The translations under genes were made by a program, and so were the position numbers. A DNA stretch of 64,000 nt, taken from Candidatus Latescibacterota bacterium (GTDB taxonomy: Bacteria > Latescibacterota > UBA2968). Below the pieces are notes generated by a model, which saw nothing but the letters and a program-made list of their open reading frames with translations, did not search any database and had not been told where the DNA came from. Below, in pieces: positions 1 to 9,708 of this stretch; position 1 is the stretch's first letter, and the number at the start of each line of letters is the position of its first letter. Location: NCBI GenBank assembly GCA_965116885.1, contig OZ220741.1, positions 1,920,001-1,984,000 on the forward strand, read 5' to 3'.

Positions 1-1
1 G

Positions 2-3000
2 AACAGATTTCAGCACCCGCGCCTGGTACGCACCTTTGCCTGGGGTTTTGCCGAAGAGCGTCCCTATTTTACAATGGAATATTTGCCCGGGAAGACGTTG
101 GAAAAAATCATTGTCGATCATGCATTGTTGGGACAATTCCGAACTTCGTACTTTTTTGTTCTGATGCAACAAATTGTCGAGGGATTGGCATATATCCACG
201 CGCAGGGTGCGGTGCATCGCGATCTCAAGCCATCCAATATTATGGTTTTGGAAACCGAAGAGGGGATTGAGACCACGATTCTGGATCTGGGGTTGGCTAA
301 ATTCAGGCATTTGCATAGCGTGTCTATTACACAGACGGGCGCGACGCTTGGCACCGCAGAGTATATGTCGCCAGAACAGGGTAAAGGGTTGTGGGTGGAT
401 CATCGGTCAGATTTGTACTCATTGGGCGTGATTTTATACGAGATGTTCCTGGGCGCGCCGCCCTTTTCTGGGCAGAATCCAGTATCTGTTATTATGAAGC
501 ATATTCGAGAGTCACCGCCACCAATGGTTGAAGCCCCTGCCCAGACGCAACAAATTGTGTTGAAGTTGCTGGCAAAGGAGCCTGTTGATCGCTACCAGTC
601 GGCAGAGGAGGTGGTGCAGGCGTTAAATGGTGTGGCATCATCGAGTTTTGTGCTATCGGATGACGAGCAGCGCGATGTGCCTCTGAAAGTGATGCGGCCG
701 CAATTTGTCGGGCGCGAGTCCGAGATGAAGACGTTGCGCGCGATGTTGCGGGATGTACAGGCTGGCGAGCAGCGCGTGGTTCTGATCTCCGGTGAGGCGG
801 GGGTGGGTAAATCGAGAGTGGTCGAAGAACTGCTGGGCGATGCTTTGATCCACGATTTTCTGTGTTTGAAAGGTGCAGGGCGGGAAGAGGGTGGACAAAT
901 ATACGGTGCGTTGATTGATGCTTTTCGAGGGACGACGGATTTGGTGGCAGAATTGCCCGATTCATTAGAGACGGACAAGTTTTCTGTTATGGAGCGCTGG
1001 TTGCAGTTATTAAAGCGTCTGCGACAGAAACAGCCCATTGTGTTGTGTTTGGAAGATATTCAATGGCTTGATGAATTGTCATTGGAATTTTTGCAGTATG
1101 TGTTGCGCGATCCAGAACCGTGTCCTCTTTTGTTATGCCTGACCTGTCAAGGGTCTAACAGAGAATCCATTCCAAAGGAAATTGAGAATTTTATACACGG
1201 CAATGAATTTTCTGAAGCGATCCGGATTCAGTTGAAGAATCTACCGCGAGAAGAAGTGGGGTATTTAGCGGCGTCGATGTTTGGGGAGCGATCTATACCG
1301 CCGGATGCATTGCAACCCCTGTTCAGAGAAACGGGTGGGCAACCCCTGTTTGTCGTAGAGGCTGTGAGGACGTTGGTGCATGCCGATGTGGTTCGGCAAA
1401 ATGTGTACGGCGATTGGGAGTGGGGAGAATTTCCAGAAACTTTGTTGTCCGATGATATTTCAGAGGTTTTGAACAGGCGCATAACTGCTCTGTCGGCAGT
1501 GCAACGTCAGGTAATGGAATACGCATGTGTTTTTCTCAATGATTTTTCTTTTGAGTTATTGGCTGCTATCTGGCTCGGTGATGAGCTGGAGTTGGTGGAT
1601 GTGCTTGATAGCCTGATTGCAGAAGGGCTGTTAATTACTTATGGCGATGAAGAGCGGTATCGTTTTTCACAGGGTTTGTATCGGCGGGCAACTTACGACC
1701 GCATGCAAGATGTGCGGCGGCGGTTGTTGCATCGAGAAATTGGCAATGCTTTGGACAAGATGGAGGATGCAGAAGAATTGACAGAAGAATTGGCGGATCA
1801 TTTTGCCGCGGCGGGAGAACAAGATAAGGCTGTGAAATATATGCGTCTATCGGGCAAAAAAGCATTGAAAAAACACGCTTATCTCCGGGCATTGAGAAGG
1901 TTCGAGGCTGTGCAGCAGGCGGATGACGCTTTTGAATCGCATGCAGATGAGATCGACTTTTTGTGCGATTATGCAGATGTGCTGCGCTATTGTGGCCAGT
2001 ACAATAGGGCACTGGAATTTTTAGACGAGGCAAAGGCGTTATTGCCCGATGATCGGAATGATTTGAAGGCGCGTATTCTGAATCGTGAAGGTGGTATTCA
2101 CAGCGTACTTCAACACAGGGAAATTGCCGAAGAATATATGCTGAAGGCATTGCAACTTTATCGTGAACTCGGTGATTTCGACGGAGAAATCCAGGCTTTG
2201 GGAGGTTTGGCTTATTTGTGTGATGTATCTGGACGGCACGAAGAAGCGATTGTGTATATGCGTCGGGAAATAGAAAAACGTCATATGCTGGGAGATCCGC
2301 CAAAGGACGTTTTTATACAAGGTCGAGAAGGTCAGGCCGCATTGATGGGATTTCGATTTGAGACAGCTAAAGCACACCTGAAAGCGGCTGTAAAAACATC
2401 TCAGCAACTTGGACTTGAACACTATCGTATTGGGGCACTTAATTTACTTCAAAGAGTTTATTTTTATCTGGGTGATCTCCACCGTTCAGAAGCTGTTTGC
2501 AAGGAAGTCATTGGGGAATGGCAGAAGCGAGGGTTTATACACTGGGAGGCAGCGAATTTTTTATGGCTGGGAGAATTGGCACTGGAACGCGGTGATTTTG
2601 CCGGGGCATTGGAATATGCCGAGACCTCAATAGAGCGATTTTTGCAAACACCGCGAAAAGATTATATTTATCGCGCTTACGCTATTGCGGCAACGGCTGC
2701 TGCGAAAATGGGAGATACAGAAATAGCACTCGAATGGGCAGAAAAAGCCAGCGAAGGTACGCAACAAACATCGGGGATGTACACGGGTATATTGCCTTTG
2801 GTACATTGTGGTATTGGTGTTGCTTTGGCTCAAGCAGGGCGGATAACCGAGGCTGAAGAGGCTTTTGAGCAGGCGATTGAATGCCGGAGAGAATCCAAAG
2901 GTGACCATTGGGCGCGTGCATTGCTTATGGCAGGGGAGTTTTATCTCCAGCGCGATGATGTACCAAAAGCGCAAGCACATCTCAAAGCGGCAAAACAGGC

Positions 3001-4573
3001 GTTTAAAGAGATGGAGATGTCTTACTTTTTGGAGAAAACACAGGTGCTATTAAATCAATTGCGTGAATCTTCTCGCGGTGAGGATGCCGTATCCGGTTCT
3101 GGGATTTTATCTGTTGATCGCTGGCGCTTGCTTTACAATGTGAGCCGGGAGTTGACTACAGAGCGCGATGCCAAAGTATTATTAGATCGGATTTTGGGTA
3201 ATTTGTTAGCTGTTTATGCGGCAGAGCGAGTGCTTGTTGCGATTAAAAATGAGACCCCAAAAGGCTTTATAGTTGATGCTGTGCGCTACTACAATGTAGA
3301 AGCAGATGATGCAGAAGCACTGAGTCAGGGTATTATTCGTAGCGTTATTGAGACAAATGAACCCGTTTTGAGTATGGATGCCCAGACAGATAAAAGGCTC
3401 AATCAATATCAAAGCGTAATAGACTACCACCTCCGGTCTGTATTGTGTGTGCCCGTATTTCATTTTAACGAAGGTGTTATCGGTGCGTTATATGTAGATC
3501 ATCGCGGTATAGGCAACGCATTTTCTGAAGAAGATCAGACGTTTTTACAAGCATTTGCCAATCTGGTGGGAGTAGCGCTGGTCAATGCGAGGATGTATGC
3601 ACGAGTGGAAGAGAAAGCACAATATTTGCAGCAAGAGGTCGAAAAGCGGTACCAGCTTGGCGACATGGTCGGACAAAGTGATGCCATGCAGAGGATCTAC
3701 CAGCTGATAGAAACTGCTGCAAAGAGCGATATTCCCGTGCTTGTGCAGGGCGAAACAGGTACGGGCAAAGAATTGGCTGCGCGTGCCATACACTACAATA
3801 GCACACGCAAAGACCAGCGATTTTTGTCGCAAAATTGTGCCACACTCTCACCAGAGTTGTTGCAGAGTGAGTTGTTTGGGCACAAAAAAGGTGCGTTTAC
3901 TGGCGCGACTGAAGATCATAAGGGGATTTTTGAGGCTGCCAATGGAGGTACGGTTCTTCTCGATGAAATCGCCGATGCCCCACCGCAGTTGCAAAGGAGT
4001 TTGTTGCGAGTGTTGCAAGAAGGAGAGATTAGGCGTGTGGGAGAAACAGAGGATCGCGAAGTGGATGTGCGCATTATTGCAGCGACCAATCGAGACTTAA
4101 AAAAGGAAGTTGGGAAAGGCTCTTTCCGGGAAGATTTGTATTATCGGTTGCAGGGGATTCAGATCGATATGCCGCCTTTGCGAGAACGCATTGAAGATGT
4201 GCCAGTATTGGCCGAACATCTGCTCATTCGCGCAAAAGAAGATGCAAACAAGTCGGTTGGAGGGCTGACAGTGGGTACAATCAGGGTGCTCACAAGTTAT
4301 GACTGGCCGGGCAATGTGCGCGAGTTGAAGAACAAGATTCAACTTGCGGTGGCATTGGCAGAAGAAGAGGGTGATATTACGCCCGATTTGTTTTCAGAAA
4401 CTGTCGAGCAGGAATTTCAGGGCTATTTACAAGACCGCATCCAGGAGTATGAGAAACGGGTGATTCGAGACGCACTCGAGAAATACGAGGGCAATATTAC
4501 GCATACAGCTAAAGAACTGGGAATAACGCGCGTTGGTTTGCATAAAAAGATCAATCGTTTGGGGTTGAGATAG
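2..4573 (+). CDS. Ser/Thr protein kinase-AAA ATPase-TPR-GAF-sigma54 enhancer-binding protein fusion (5'-truncated by window edge)
   Basis: Frame is open from base 2 (NRFQHPRLVRTFAWGFAEERPYFTMEYL). Kinase motifs HRDLKPSN, DLGLA, GTAEYMSPE; Walker A GEAGVGKS; helical TPR-like middle; GAF region; sigma54 AAA+ motifs GETGTGKE, SELFGHKKGAFTGA, WPGNVREL; C-terminal Fis-type HTH. Confidence 0.95.
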   Translation, partial: NRFQHPRLVRTFAWGFAEERPYFTMEYLPGKTLEKIIVDHALLGQFRTSYFFVLMQQIVEGLAYIHAQGAVHRDLKPSNIMVLETEEGIETTILDLGLAKFRHLHSVSITQTGATLGTAEYMSPEQGKGLWVDHRSDLYSLGVILYEMFLGAPPFSGQNPVSVIMKHIRESPPPMVEAPAQTQQIVLKLLAKEPVDRYQSAEEVVQALNGVASSSFVLSDDEQRDVPLKVMRPQFVGRESEMKTLRAMLRDVQAGEQRVVLISGEAGVGKSRVVEELLGDALIHDFLCLKGAGREEGGQIYGALIDAFRGTTDLVAELPDSLETDKFSVMERWLQLLKRLRQKQPIVLCLEDIQWLDELSLEFLQYVLRDPEPCPLLLCLTCQGSNRESIPKEIENFIHGNEFSEAIRIQLKNLPREEVGYLAASMFGERSIPPDALQPLFRETGGQPLFVVEAVRTLVHADVVRQNVYGDWEWGEFPETLLSDDISEVLNRRITALSAVQRQVMEYACVFLNDFSFELLAAIWLGDELELVDVLDSLIAEGLLITYGDEERYRFSQGLYRRATYDRMQDVRRRLLHREIGNALDKMEDAEELTEELADHFAAAGEQDKAVKYMRLSGKKALKKHAYLRALRRFEAVQQADDAFESHADEIDFLCDYADVLRYCGQYNRALEFLDEAKALLPDDRNDLKARILNREGGIHSVLQHREIAEEYMLKALQLYRELGDFDGEIQALGGLAYLCDVSGRHEEAIVYMRREIEKRHMLGDPPKDVFIQGREGQAALMGFRFETAKAHLKAAVKTSQQLGLEHYRIGALNLLQRVYFYLGDLHRSEAVCKEVIGEWQKRGFIHWEAANFLWLGELALERGDFAGALEYAETSIERFLQTPRKDYIYRAYAIAATAAAKMGDTEIALEWAEKASEGTQQTSGMYTGILPLVHCGIGVALAQAGRITEAEEAFEQAIECRRESKGDHWARALLMAGEFYLQRDDVPKAQAHLKAAKQAFKEMEMSYFLEKTQVLLNQLRESSRGEDAVSGSGILSVDRWRLLYNVSRELTTERDAKVLLDRILGNLLAVYAAERVLVAIKNETPKGFIVDAVRYYNVEADDAEALSQGIIRSVIETNEPVLSMDAQTDKRLNQYQSVIDYHLRSVLCVPVFHFNEGVIGALYVDHRGIGNAFSEEDQTFLQAFANLVGVALVNARMYARVEEKAQYLQQEVEKRYQLGDMVGQSDAMQRIYQLIETAAKSDIPVLVQGETGTGKELAARAIHYNSTRKDQRFLSQNCATLSPELLQSELFGHKKGAFTGATEDHKGIFEAANGGTVLLDEIADAPPQLQRSLLRVLQEGEIRRVGETEDREVDVRIIAATNRDLKKEVGKGSFREDLYYRLQGIQIDMPPLRERIEDVPVLAEHLLIRAKEDANKSVGGLTVGTIRVLTSYDWPGNVRELKNKIQLAVALAEEEGDITPDLFSETVEQEFQGYLQDRIQEYEKRVIRDALEKYEGNITHTAKELGITRVGLHKKINRLGLR

Positions 4574-4585
4574 ACGTTGAATAGG

Positions 4586-4705
4586 TGTAAACCATCATTT
4601 ACAGTGGTGTATATCGACGTTTACACTTGTTTATTTTTATATGAATCAAGTATTTATGTGTAATTTTTGTGAATAAATGATTATAAATGTAAACTTGCGT
4701 TTACA
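4586..4705. promoter_or_regulatory. Three palindromic activator-binding boxes (TGTAAA-N6-TTTACA type) plus IHF-like site
   Basis: TGTAAA-CCATCA-TTTACA 4586-4603, TGTATA-TCGACG-TTTACA 4608-4625, TGTAAA-CTTGCG-TTTACA 4688-4705; AATCAAGTATTTA (WATCAA-N4-TTR) at 4644-4656. Confidence 0.8.
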
Positions 4706-4767
4706 TTTGTGCCTGGATGTTGCATTTGCTACACAAATAATTCTTAAATTTTATCTCTTTGTTTCTC

Positions 4768-4799
4768 AAGCACTTGAGATTTTTCAAGTGCTTTTTTTT
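4768..4799 (+). terminator. Putative intrinsic terminator hairpin downstream of the kinase/activator gene
   Basis: AAGCACTTGA-GATTTT-TCAAGTGCTT followed by a T run; the stem is AT-rich, so it could instead be a protein-binding site. Confidence 0.5.
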
Positions 4800-4815
4800 A
4801 TACCAAAACGATTTT

Positions 4816-4831
4816 AGGCACGGTTCTTGCA
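4816..4831 (+). promoter_or_regulatory. Sigma54 (-24/-12) promoter
   Basis: AGGCACGGTTCTTGCA: GG at 4817-4818 and GC at 4829-4830, exactly 10 nt apart; close to the TGGCACG-N4-TTGC consensus; lies downstream of activator boxes and a sigma54 activator gene. Confidence 0.85.
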
Positions 4832-4885
4832 ATATACAGGCGGATAGTGACCGTATTTTAGATTTTTGCATTGGAGGAGGGTAAA

Positions 4886-5068
4886 ATGGCGATTCGACGT
4901 AAGTTGACTCTGATCAATGGAACGATGGACAAAGAAGGTGGTATTCATACATATCAGGCGACGGACAGTTTTAAAATGGGCGGCTGTGAACCTGGCTGGA
5001 TAGCTGTTCCTCCCCTGCCCTTTCCCGATGACGATGATGATTGGGACGATTTTGATCGCACCGAGTAA
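4886..5068 (+). CDS. Putative RiPP precursor peptide, 60 aa
   Basis: GGAGGAGG RBS before ATG 4886; MAIRRKLTLING...GGCEPGWIAVPPLPFPDDDDDWDDFDRTE; directly upstream of a radical SAM/SPASM gene. Confidence 0.75.
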   Translation: MAIRRKLTLINGTMDKEGGIHTYQATDSFKMGGCEPGWIAVPPLPFPDDDDDWDDFDRTE

Positions 5069-5087
5069 TCTGTCTCTGTTCTGAGGA

Positions 5088-6539
5088 GTGTCTGGCATGA
5101 TGTGCATTCAGAAATGCGATATGCATCTTTTTCAAACTGAAGAACAAAAACAGCCGATTGTCTATCAAGTTGAGACGGGTCTGTTTTTTGAACTGGACAC
5201 CCTTTTCCAGGCGATTTTAGAGTGTTGTGAGGGTTTGTCTGTTGACCAGGTTGTTCAGGTGCTGGCCGATCAATACGAGGCAGAGGAAATTGCCGAGGCT
5301 ATTGAGGAATTGGCGCAGGTGGGTTTGATTTCGGATGGTGCATTGCCTGTGGTATCCAATGTGCCGACGACAGAAGGGGTGGCAGCCTGTGGGGTTTCGC
5401 AGACAGATCGTTTGCAGGTGTCCTTGCACGTTTCGCATACATGCAATATTCAGTGTGCTTATTGCTTTGCCCATGGCGGGGATTACGGCGGTAAGGCGAT
5501 GCTGATGCAACCGGACGTTGCCGAGCAAGCCATACGATGGATTGTCACCGAGGCTCAGGTGTTCGGACGGTGCCAGATTGATTTTTTTGGCGGGGAGCCG
5601 CTTTTGAACTTTCCATTGATGCAGGAGCTTGTCCCATTTGCCAAATCCCTGGGCGCGCGATTGGGTGTACAGGTTGGTTTTGGCATTGTGACCAATGGCA
5701 CGTTGTTGACCGACGAGATGAAGCAGTTTTTGGTCGATGAAAAGTTTCAGATTAAGGTCAGCCTGGATGGGGGGCGTAAGACACAGGATCGCATTCGCAA
5801 GTTTCACAATGGTTCTGGGACTTATGATGTTGTGGCAAAGAATGTGGAGAAACTGACTGCTGAGGCACCTGAGCGCGTGTATTTGCAGGCTGTTATGACA
5901 GCGTATGATATGGATGAGGATCAGATTGCCGATGCGTTGCGTTCATTGGGTACTGATAACGCGCTTGTTGGTCCGGCTGTCGTTTCACCGGATGCGCCCT
6001 ATGCGATTCGGGAAGAACACATACCCGTTTTGAAGCAACAAATTTACAAGCGAAGCCGACGTGCGCTCAAAGCCATTCTGAATGGTGAAGAGAGTGAAGA
6101 GTTTGATCCGAGAATTCAAAAACTTTTGACGCGTGAAAAATCTTGTCATGGATGCTTGGGTGGTAAGCAGTATCTGGCTGTTGCGGCAGATGGGTCGATT
6201 TATTTTTGTTCGAGTTTGGCCGATGCGCCCGAGTTTAAGATGGGTGATGTGTTTGCGGGTATTGATCGCGAAAAGCAGCAGCATTTTGACGCGCAGTTCA
6301 ATGTGAATAATCGGCCTGAGTGCAAGACGTGCTGGGCGCGCAACTTGTGTGGTGGTGGATGTCTTTGGGATGCGCGGACGACGACGGGTGATCCGATGTC
6401 TCCCAACCCTGTTGCTTGTGAACAGACGCGCTATCGCTATGAACTGGCGATGGAGATGTGTATGGAGATTGCAGAAACGGATGCGTCTTTGTTACAGCGA
6501 CGATATGATCTGGAAATGGCATCTGAATCGGAGAAGTAA
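5088..6539 (+). CDS. Radical SAM/SPASM-domain peptide maturase with N-terminal PqqD/RRE-like region
   Basis: CNIQCAYC motif, FFGGEPLLN, SPASM cysteines (CHGCLGG...C...CKTCWARNLCGGGC...C); ~90-aa N-terminal extension. Start could be ATG 5097 or 5100. Confidence 0.92.
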   Translation: MSGMMCIQKCDMHLFQTEEQKQPIVYQVETGLFFELDTLFQAILECCEGLSVDQVVQVLADQYEAEEIAEAIEELAQVGLISDGALPVVSNVPTTEGVAACGVSQTDRLQVSLHVSHTCNIQCAYCFAHGGDYGGKAMLMQPDVAEQAIRWIVTEAQVFGRCQIDFFGGEPLLNFPLMQELVPFAKSLGARLGVQVGFGIVTNGTLLTDEMKQFLVDEKFQIKVSLDGGRKTQDRIRKFHNGSGTYDVVAKNVEKLTAEAPERVYLQAVMTAYDMDEDQIADALRSLGTDNALVGPAVVSPDAPYAIREEHIPVLKQQIYKRSRRALKAILNGEESEEFDPRIQKLLTREKSCHGCLGGKQYLAVAADGSIYFCSSLADAPEFKMGDVFAGIDREKQQHFDAQFNVNNRPECKTCWARNLCGGGCLWDARTTTGDPMSPNPVACEQTRYRYELAMEMCMEIAETDASLLQRRYDLEMASESEK

Positions 6540-6542
6540 GGC

Positions 6543-7451
6543 ATGCATAAAATTTCAAACCTCAAAATACCGGATCGGCTTAATCTGGACACTGGCTGGA
6601 GCATTGGTGAGACGGCGTTTGAGAGAATTACAACCACGCTTCTTGAGATGTCTTCAGTAGAAAGAATTCTCGAATTTGGAAGTGGTCCGAGTTCTATCCG
6701 TCTGGCAATGGCGTTCCCTGAAGCCGAGGTTCTGTCTATAGAAGGCGACTGGCGGAATTTTGCAGAGACCATGAATCTGATGCGAACATTATGGGATAAG
6801 CGCAATCTGTCGATCAAATATCGTCCAATTACTCTTGAATCTTATGGAGATGCGGAATTTTTGACTTATGAAGATGGGATGTTCTGGGAGGAAGAGATAG
6901 ATTGCGTGATTATTGATGGTCCGCCTGTCTATACCTTGCGAGGTCGGGAGGCGTGTCTTTACCAGGTTTATGATCAGATCAAGATTGGTGGTCGGGTTAT
7001 TCTGGACGATTTCAGAAGGTCTTATGAGAAGCAGATTGTTGAGAATTGGCTGTCCGTCTATCCCGGTAGTTTTACAGTGGAAATTATACGCGAAGACCAC
7101 CATCTGGCCGTGCTGCGTAAGGCCAGATCCACGACACCATGTTGGGATGCGCCTTCCAGATTGTCGGATGTTCAGTCTGTCAGTGAGACGCGCGCCCGAA
7201 TAGCAACGGCATTATCCCTTGTTGATGATGTGTATTTGAGAGCACTGGCTAAAGTGAATAATTGCTGTGAGACAGATCTGACTGGTTTGTTCAATACCCT
7301 TCGCAATATCTATGAGGTTACATCTGGGCGCATCCAGGAGTCCACGAGCCGACATTCTACCCTCCCACCAGACGCGAAAAAAAGAAAACAGAATGCCTGT
7401 TATATGACAATCGTCAATGCGTTTTTTCGAGACTTCCAGTTTTCACATTAA
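6543..7451 (+). CDS. Class I SAM-dependent methyltransferase-like protein
   Basis: ILEFGSGPSS motif I, IIDGPP, ILDD; 3 bp after the rSAM stop. Confidence 0.75.
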   Translation: MHKISNLKIPDRLNLDTGWSIGETAFERITTTLLEMSSVERILEFGSGPSSIRLAMAFPEAEVLSIEGDWRNFAETMNLMRTLWDKRNLSIKYRPITLESYGDAEFLTYEDGMFWEEEIDCVIIDGPPVYTLRGREACLYQVYDQIKIGGRVILDDFRRSYEKQIVENWLSVYPGSFTVEIIREDHHLAVLRKARSTTPCWDAPSRLSDVQSVSETRARIATALSLVDDVYLRALAKVNNCCETDLTGLFNTLRNIYEVTSGRIQESTSRHSTLPPDAKKRKQNACYMTIVNAFFRDFQFSH

Positions 7452-7507
7452 GGGGCAGTAATTCCCAGTTGCGAATAACGATTTGATTGAACGCGTTGTG
7501 GAAAGGG

Positions 7508-7557
7508 TTGGTGGCATTTTAAACCTTCTTGCTCTTAAGCGATAAAATGTCCGCCAA
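7508..7557 (+). repeat. 50-bp direct repeat, copy 1
   Basis: TTGGTGGCATTTTAAACCTTCTTGCTCTTAAGCGATAAAATGTCCGCCAA, identical to 9659-9708. Confidence 0.95.
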
Positions 7558-7575
7558 AATGAGGCAAGTCCAACC

Positions 7576-7602
7576 TTTTTACAGAACTTTTCGGACTTGT
7601 TC
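7576..7602 (+). mobile_element. Isolated IS256-type terminal inverted repeat remnant
   Basis: TTTTTACAGAACTTTTCGGACTTG matches the right end of the IS256-like element at 36488-36511 with one mismatch in 24. Confidence 0.6.
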
Positions 7603-7670
7603 TTTTTGATTCTGGGTACTGCGTGTACTACCAACCCACCGCGACAACGTTTATGGAAGGAGAAGTAGCG

Positions 7671-9530
7671 ATGTATCGAAAGAACTTCACTGAACTGACC
7701 TCCACCGAGCTAAGCCGCCTAGCCAACGCCCTCAACGCTCTGTGGGAGGACGGCACCATCTCGGCTAATGCAATCCTGCACAATGAAAACTTCAGAAAAG
7801 GCATCCACTGGGGGCCTGCTTTCTTGCCATGGCACCGTGACTTCTTGCTCAAGTTCGAGCAGGCCCTACAGGGTATTGACCCCACTGTGACGTTGCCCTA
7901 CTGGGACTGGACCCGGTCTGACTCACGGAACCTGAACTCAGGCCCTTGGAAGACATTCTTTGGGGGCCGCAACAACAAAGATGGCCGGTTCGATCACTGG
8001 ACCTACACTCGGCGGCTGACCGATCCGCCGCCTGAGGTCAGTGATCCTCTCCCTGAGCTTGCCGATATCATCGCCGAGTTGCAGGCCACCACCTTCACAG
8101 CCTACCGCGCCATGGAGGGGAATGGAGGCAGTCATGTGCCAGGCCATACCTGGACCGGCGGCTCCATGAGGGGGGGTAACTCACCGTTCGATCCCTTGTT
8201 CTATCTCCACCACTGCAACTTGGACCGACTGTGGGCCATCTGGCAGCAAAACAATCCAGGGGCGGAGCAATACAACCACATCGACGCAATAAGCAGTGAC
8301 AGTGTGGATGCTGCCAGGGTGCCTCTGAACGGTCAGATGATTGGCGGATCCACGCCAGCCTCCATGCTGAATCACAGCGACCTGGGATATCGCTATGAGC
8401 GCGACGTACTCTTGGAGATCGCTTGGTTTGAAGGCGGCCATGGCAACTTGCAAACAGGAGACCCGCGCGATGTCGATGTGTACATCCGAGATGCCTCAGG
8501 CGACACTGGGGAGACCCCAAGCCCGAAAATTCACTGGGCATCGCCAGACATCTGGGTACGCAACGAAGACCCTACGAAAGACGGCGAGAATCCCGACGAC
8601 GGACACCAAGTTCCAATCGTGAACACTGAAAACTATCTGTATGTGCGGATACATAACCGAGGCACTGAAGACTCAGGCCAACAGGAAGTGACCACATACC
8701 ACTGCAATCCTGGCACTACTATGCTGTGGTCAGACCACTTTACACCTATATCCACGATACCTGTAGATAACGTCCCGAGTGGGCAATCAGTACGTGTGGG
8801 TCCATTTAAATGGGTCCCCACTGTTGTTGATCATGAGTGCTTGCTGGCCATCACTTCCGGGGTCAATGATCCGTCCGTGGTGCCTCAATTCATTGGTAAC
8901 GTACCTCACTGGAAACTCGTGCGCTTCGCCAACAATGTAGGACAACGCAATGTTGCCCCGATTCGCATACCCTTAGGTATGGGGGCCCGCAGTGCTATGA
9001 GAGTAAGTGGTTCAGTGCATAAGACAAACAACCGGCTCCGTCTGGACGCCACTAAATTTCCAAAGGACACTGCTATTCAAGTTAGGGTACCCAACAGCGT
9101 GGCGGACAATGCACAGATGACCAGGCTCGCCTCCCTGTCTCGAAACAGCCGCTTCTCCACACTGTCCTTGAGGGGTGGCACTGCTGGAGTCATAGACACC
9201 CTCCCATTGCGTGCTCGACAAGACATCAACATGATCCTGGCCTTCGACTTCTCTATCCTGTCTGTCCCCAGCCAGCAGTACCCATTCATAGCGACCCAGT
9301 GGCAGGATGGCCAGCTTGCAGGACAACTCACCTTGGATGTAATCGCTGTCAAGGACCCCGAGGATTTCGTGTATGGCAACATCCGCTCCAAGGAGCTTCA
9401 TACAGTTAAGTGCCCTTTCTGGCCCCACTTATCCGACCGGAATAAGCGTCCCTTTGGCAGCATCAAGGAAGGGCTGGCCCGTGGCTACAATGGCTGCGCG
9501 TTCTGCCTGGCGGACTACCATACGGACTGA
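7671..9530 (+). CDS. Tyrosinase-family (type 3 copper) protein with C-terminal beta-rich domain and Cys/His metal-binding tail
   Basis: CuA region H...IHWGPAFLPWHR, YWDW, CuB region SHVPGH...DPLFYLHHCNLDRLW; WASPDIWVRN domain; tail ELHTVKC...GYNGCAFC; AGGAG RBS before ATG 7671. Confidence 0.9.
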   Translation: MYRKNFTELTSTELSRLANALNALWEDGTISANAILHNENFRKGIHWGPAFLPWHRDFLLKFEQALQGIDPTVTLPYWDWTRSDSRNLNSGPWKTFFGGRNNKDGRFDHWTYTRRLTDPPPEVSDPLPELADIIAELQATTFTAYRAMEGNGGSHVPGHTWTGGSMRGGNSPFDPLFYLHHCNLDRLWAIWQQNNPGAEQYNHIDAISSDSVDAARVPLNGQMIGGSTPASMLNHSDLGYRYERDVLLEIAWFEGGHGNLQTGDPRDVDVYIRDASGDTGETPSPKIHWASPDIWVRNEDPTKDGENPDDGHQVPIVNTENYLYVRIHNRGTEDSGQQEVTTYHCNPGTTMLWSDHFTPISTIPVDNVPSGQSVRVGPFKWVPTVVDHECLLAITSGVNDPSVVPQFIGNVPHWKLVRFANNVGQRNVAPIRIPLGMGARSAMRVSGSVHKTNNRLRLDATKFPKDTAIQVRVPNSVADNAQMTRLASLSRNSRFSTLSLRGGTAGVIDTLPLRARQDINMILAFDFSILSVPSQQYPFIATQWQDGQLAGQLTLDVIAVKDPEDFVYGNIRSKELHTVKCPFWPHLSDRNKRPFGSIKEGLARGYNGCAFCLADYHTD

Positions 9531-9658
9531 TCGTTGTGACGGCGTCCAGCGGTCAGACCCGCCGGGCCCTGAAGAGAGTCCCGTCTCGATATTGAAGAAT
9601 CGGATCATAAAACTCTGTACGCGGGAGTTCGGGCGGCAAGGCGTTGTTGAGGAATGGT

Positions 9659-9708
9659 TTGGTGGCATTTTAAACCTTCTTGCTCTTAAGCGATAAAATG
9701 TCCGCCAA
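9659..9708 (+). repeat. 50-bp direct repeat, copy 2 (runs into a tandem AATGTCCGCC duplication)
   Basis: Identical to 7508-7557; AATGTCCGCC occurs twice in tandem at 9697-9716. Confidence 0.95.
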
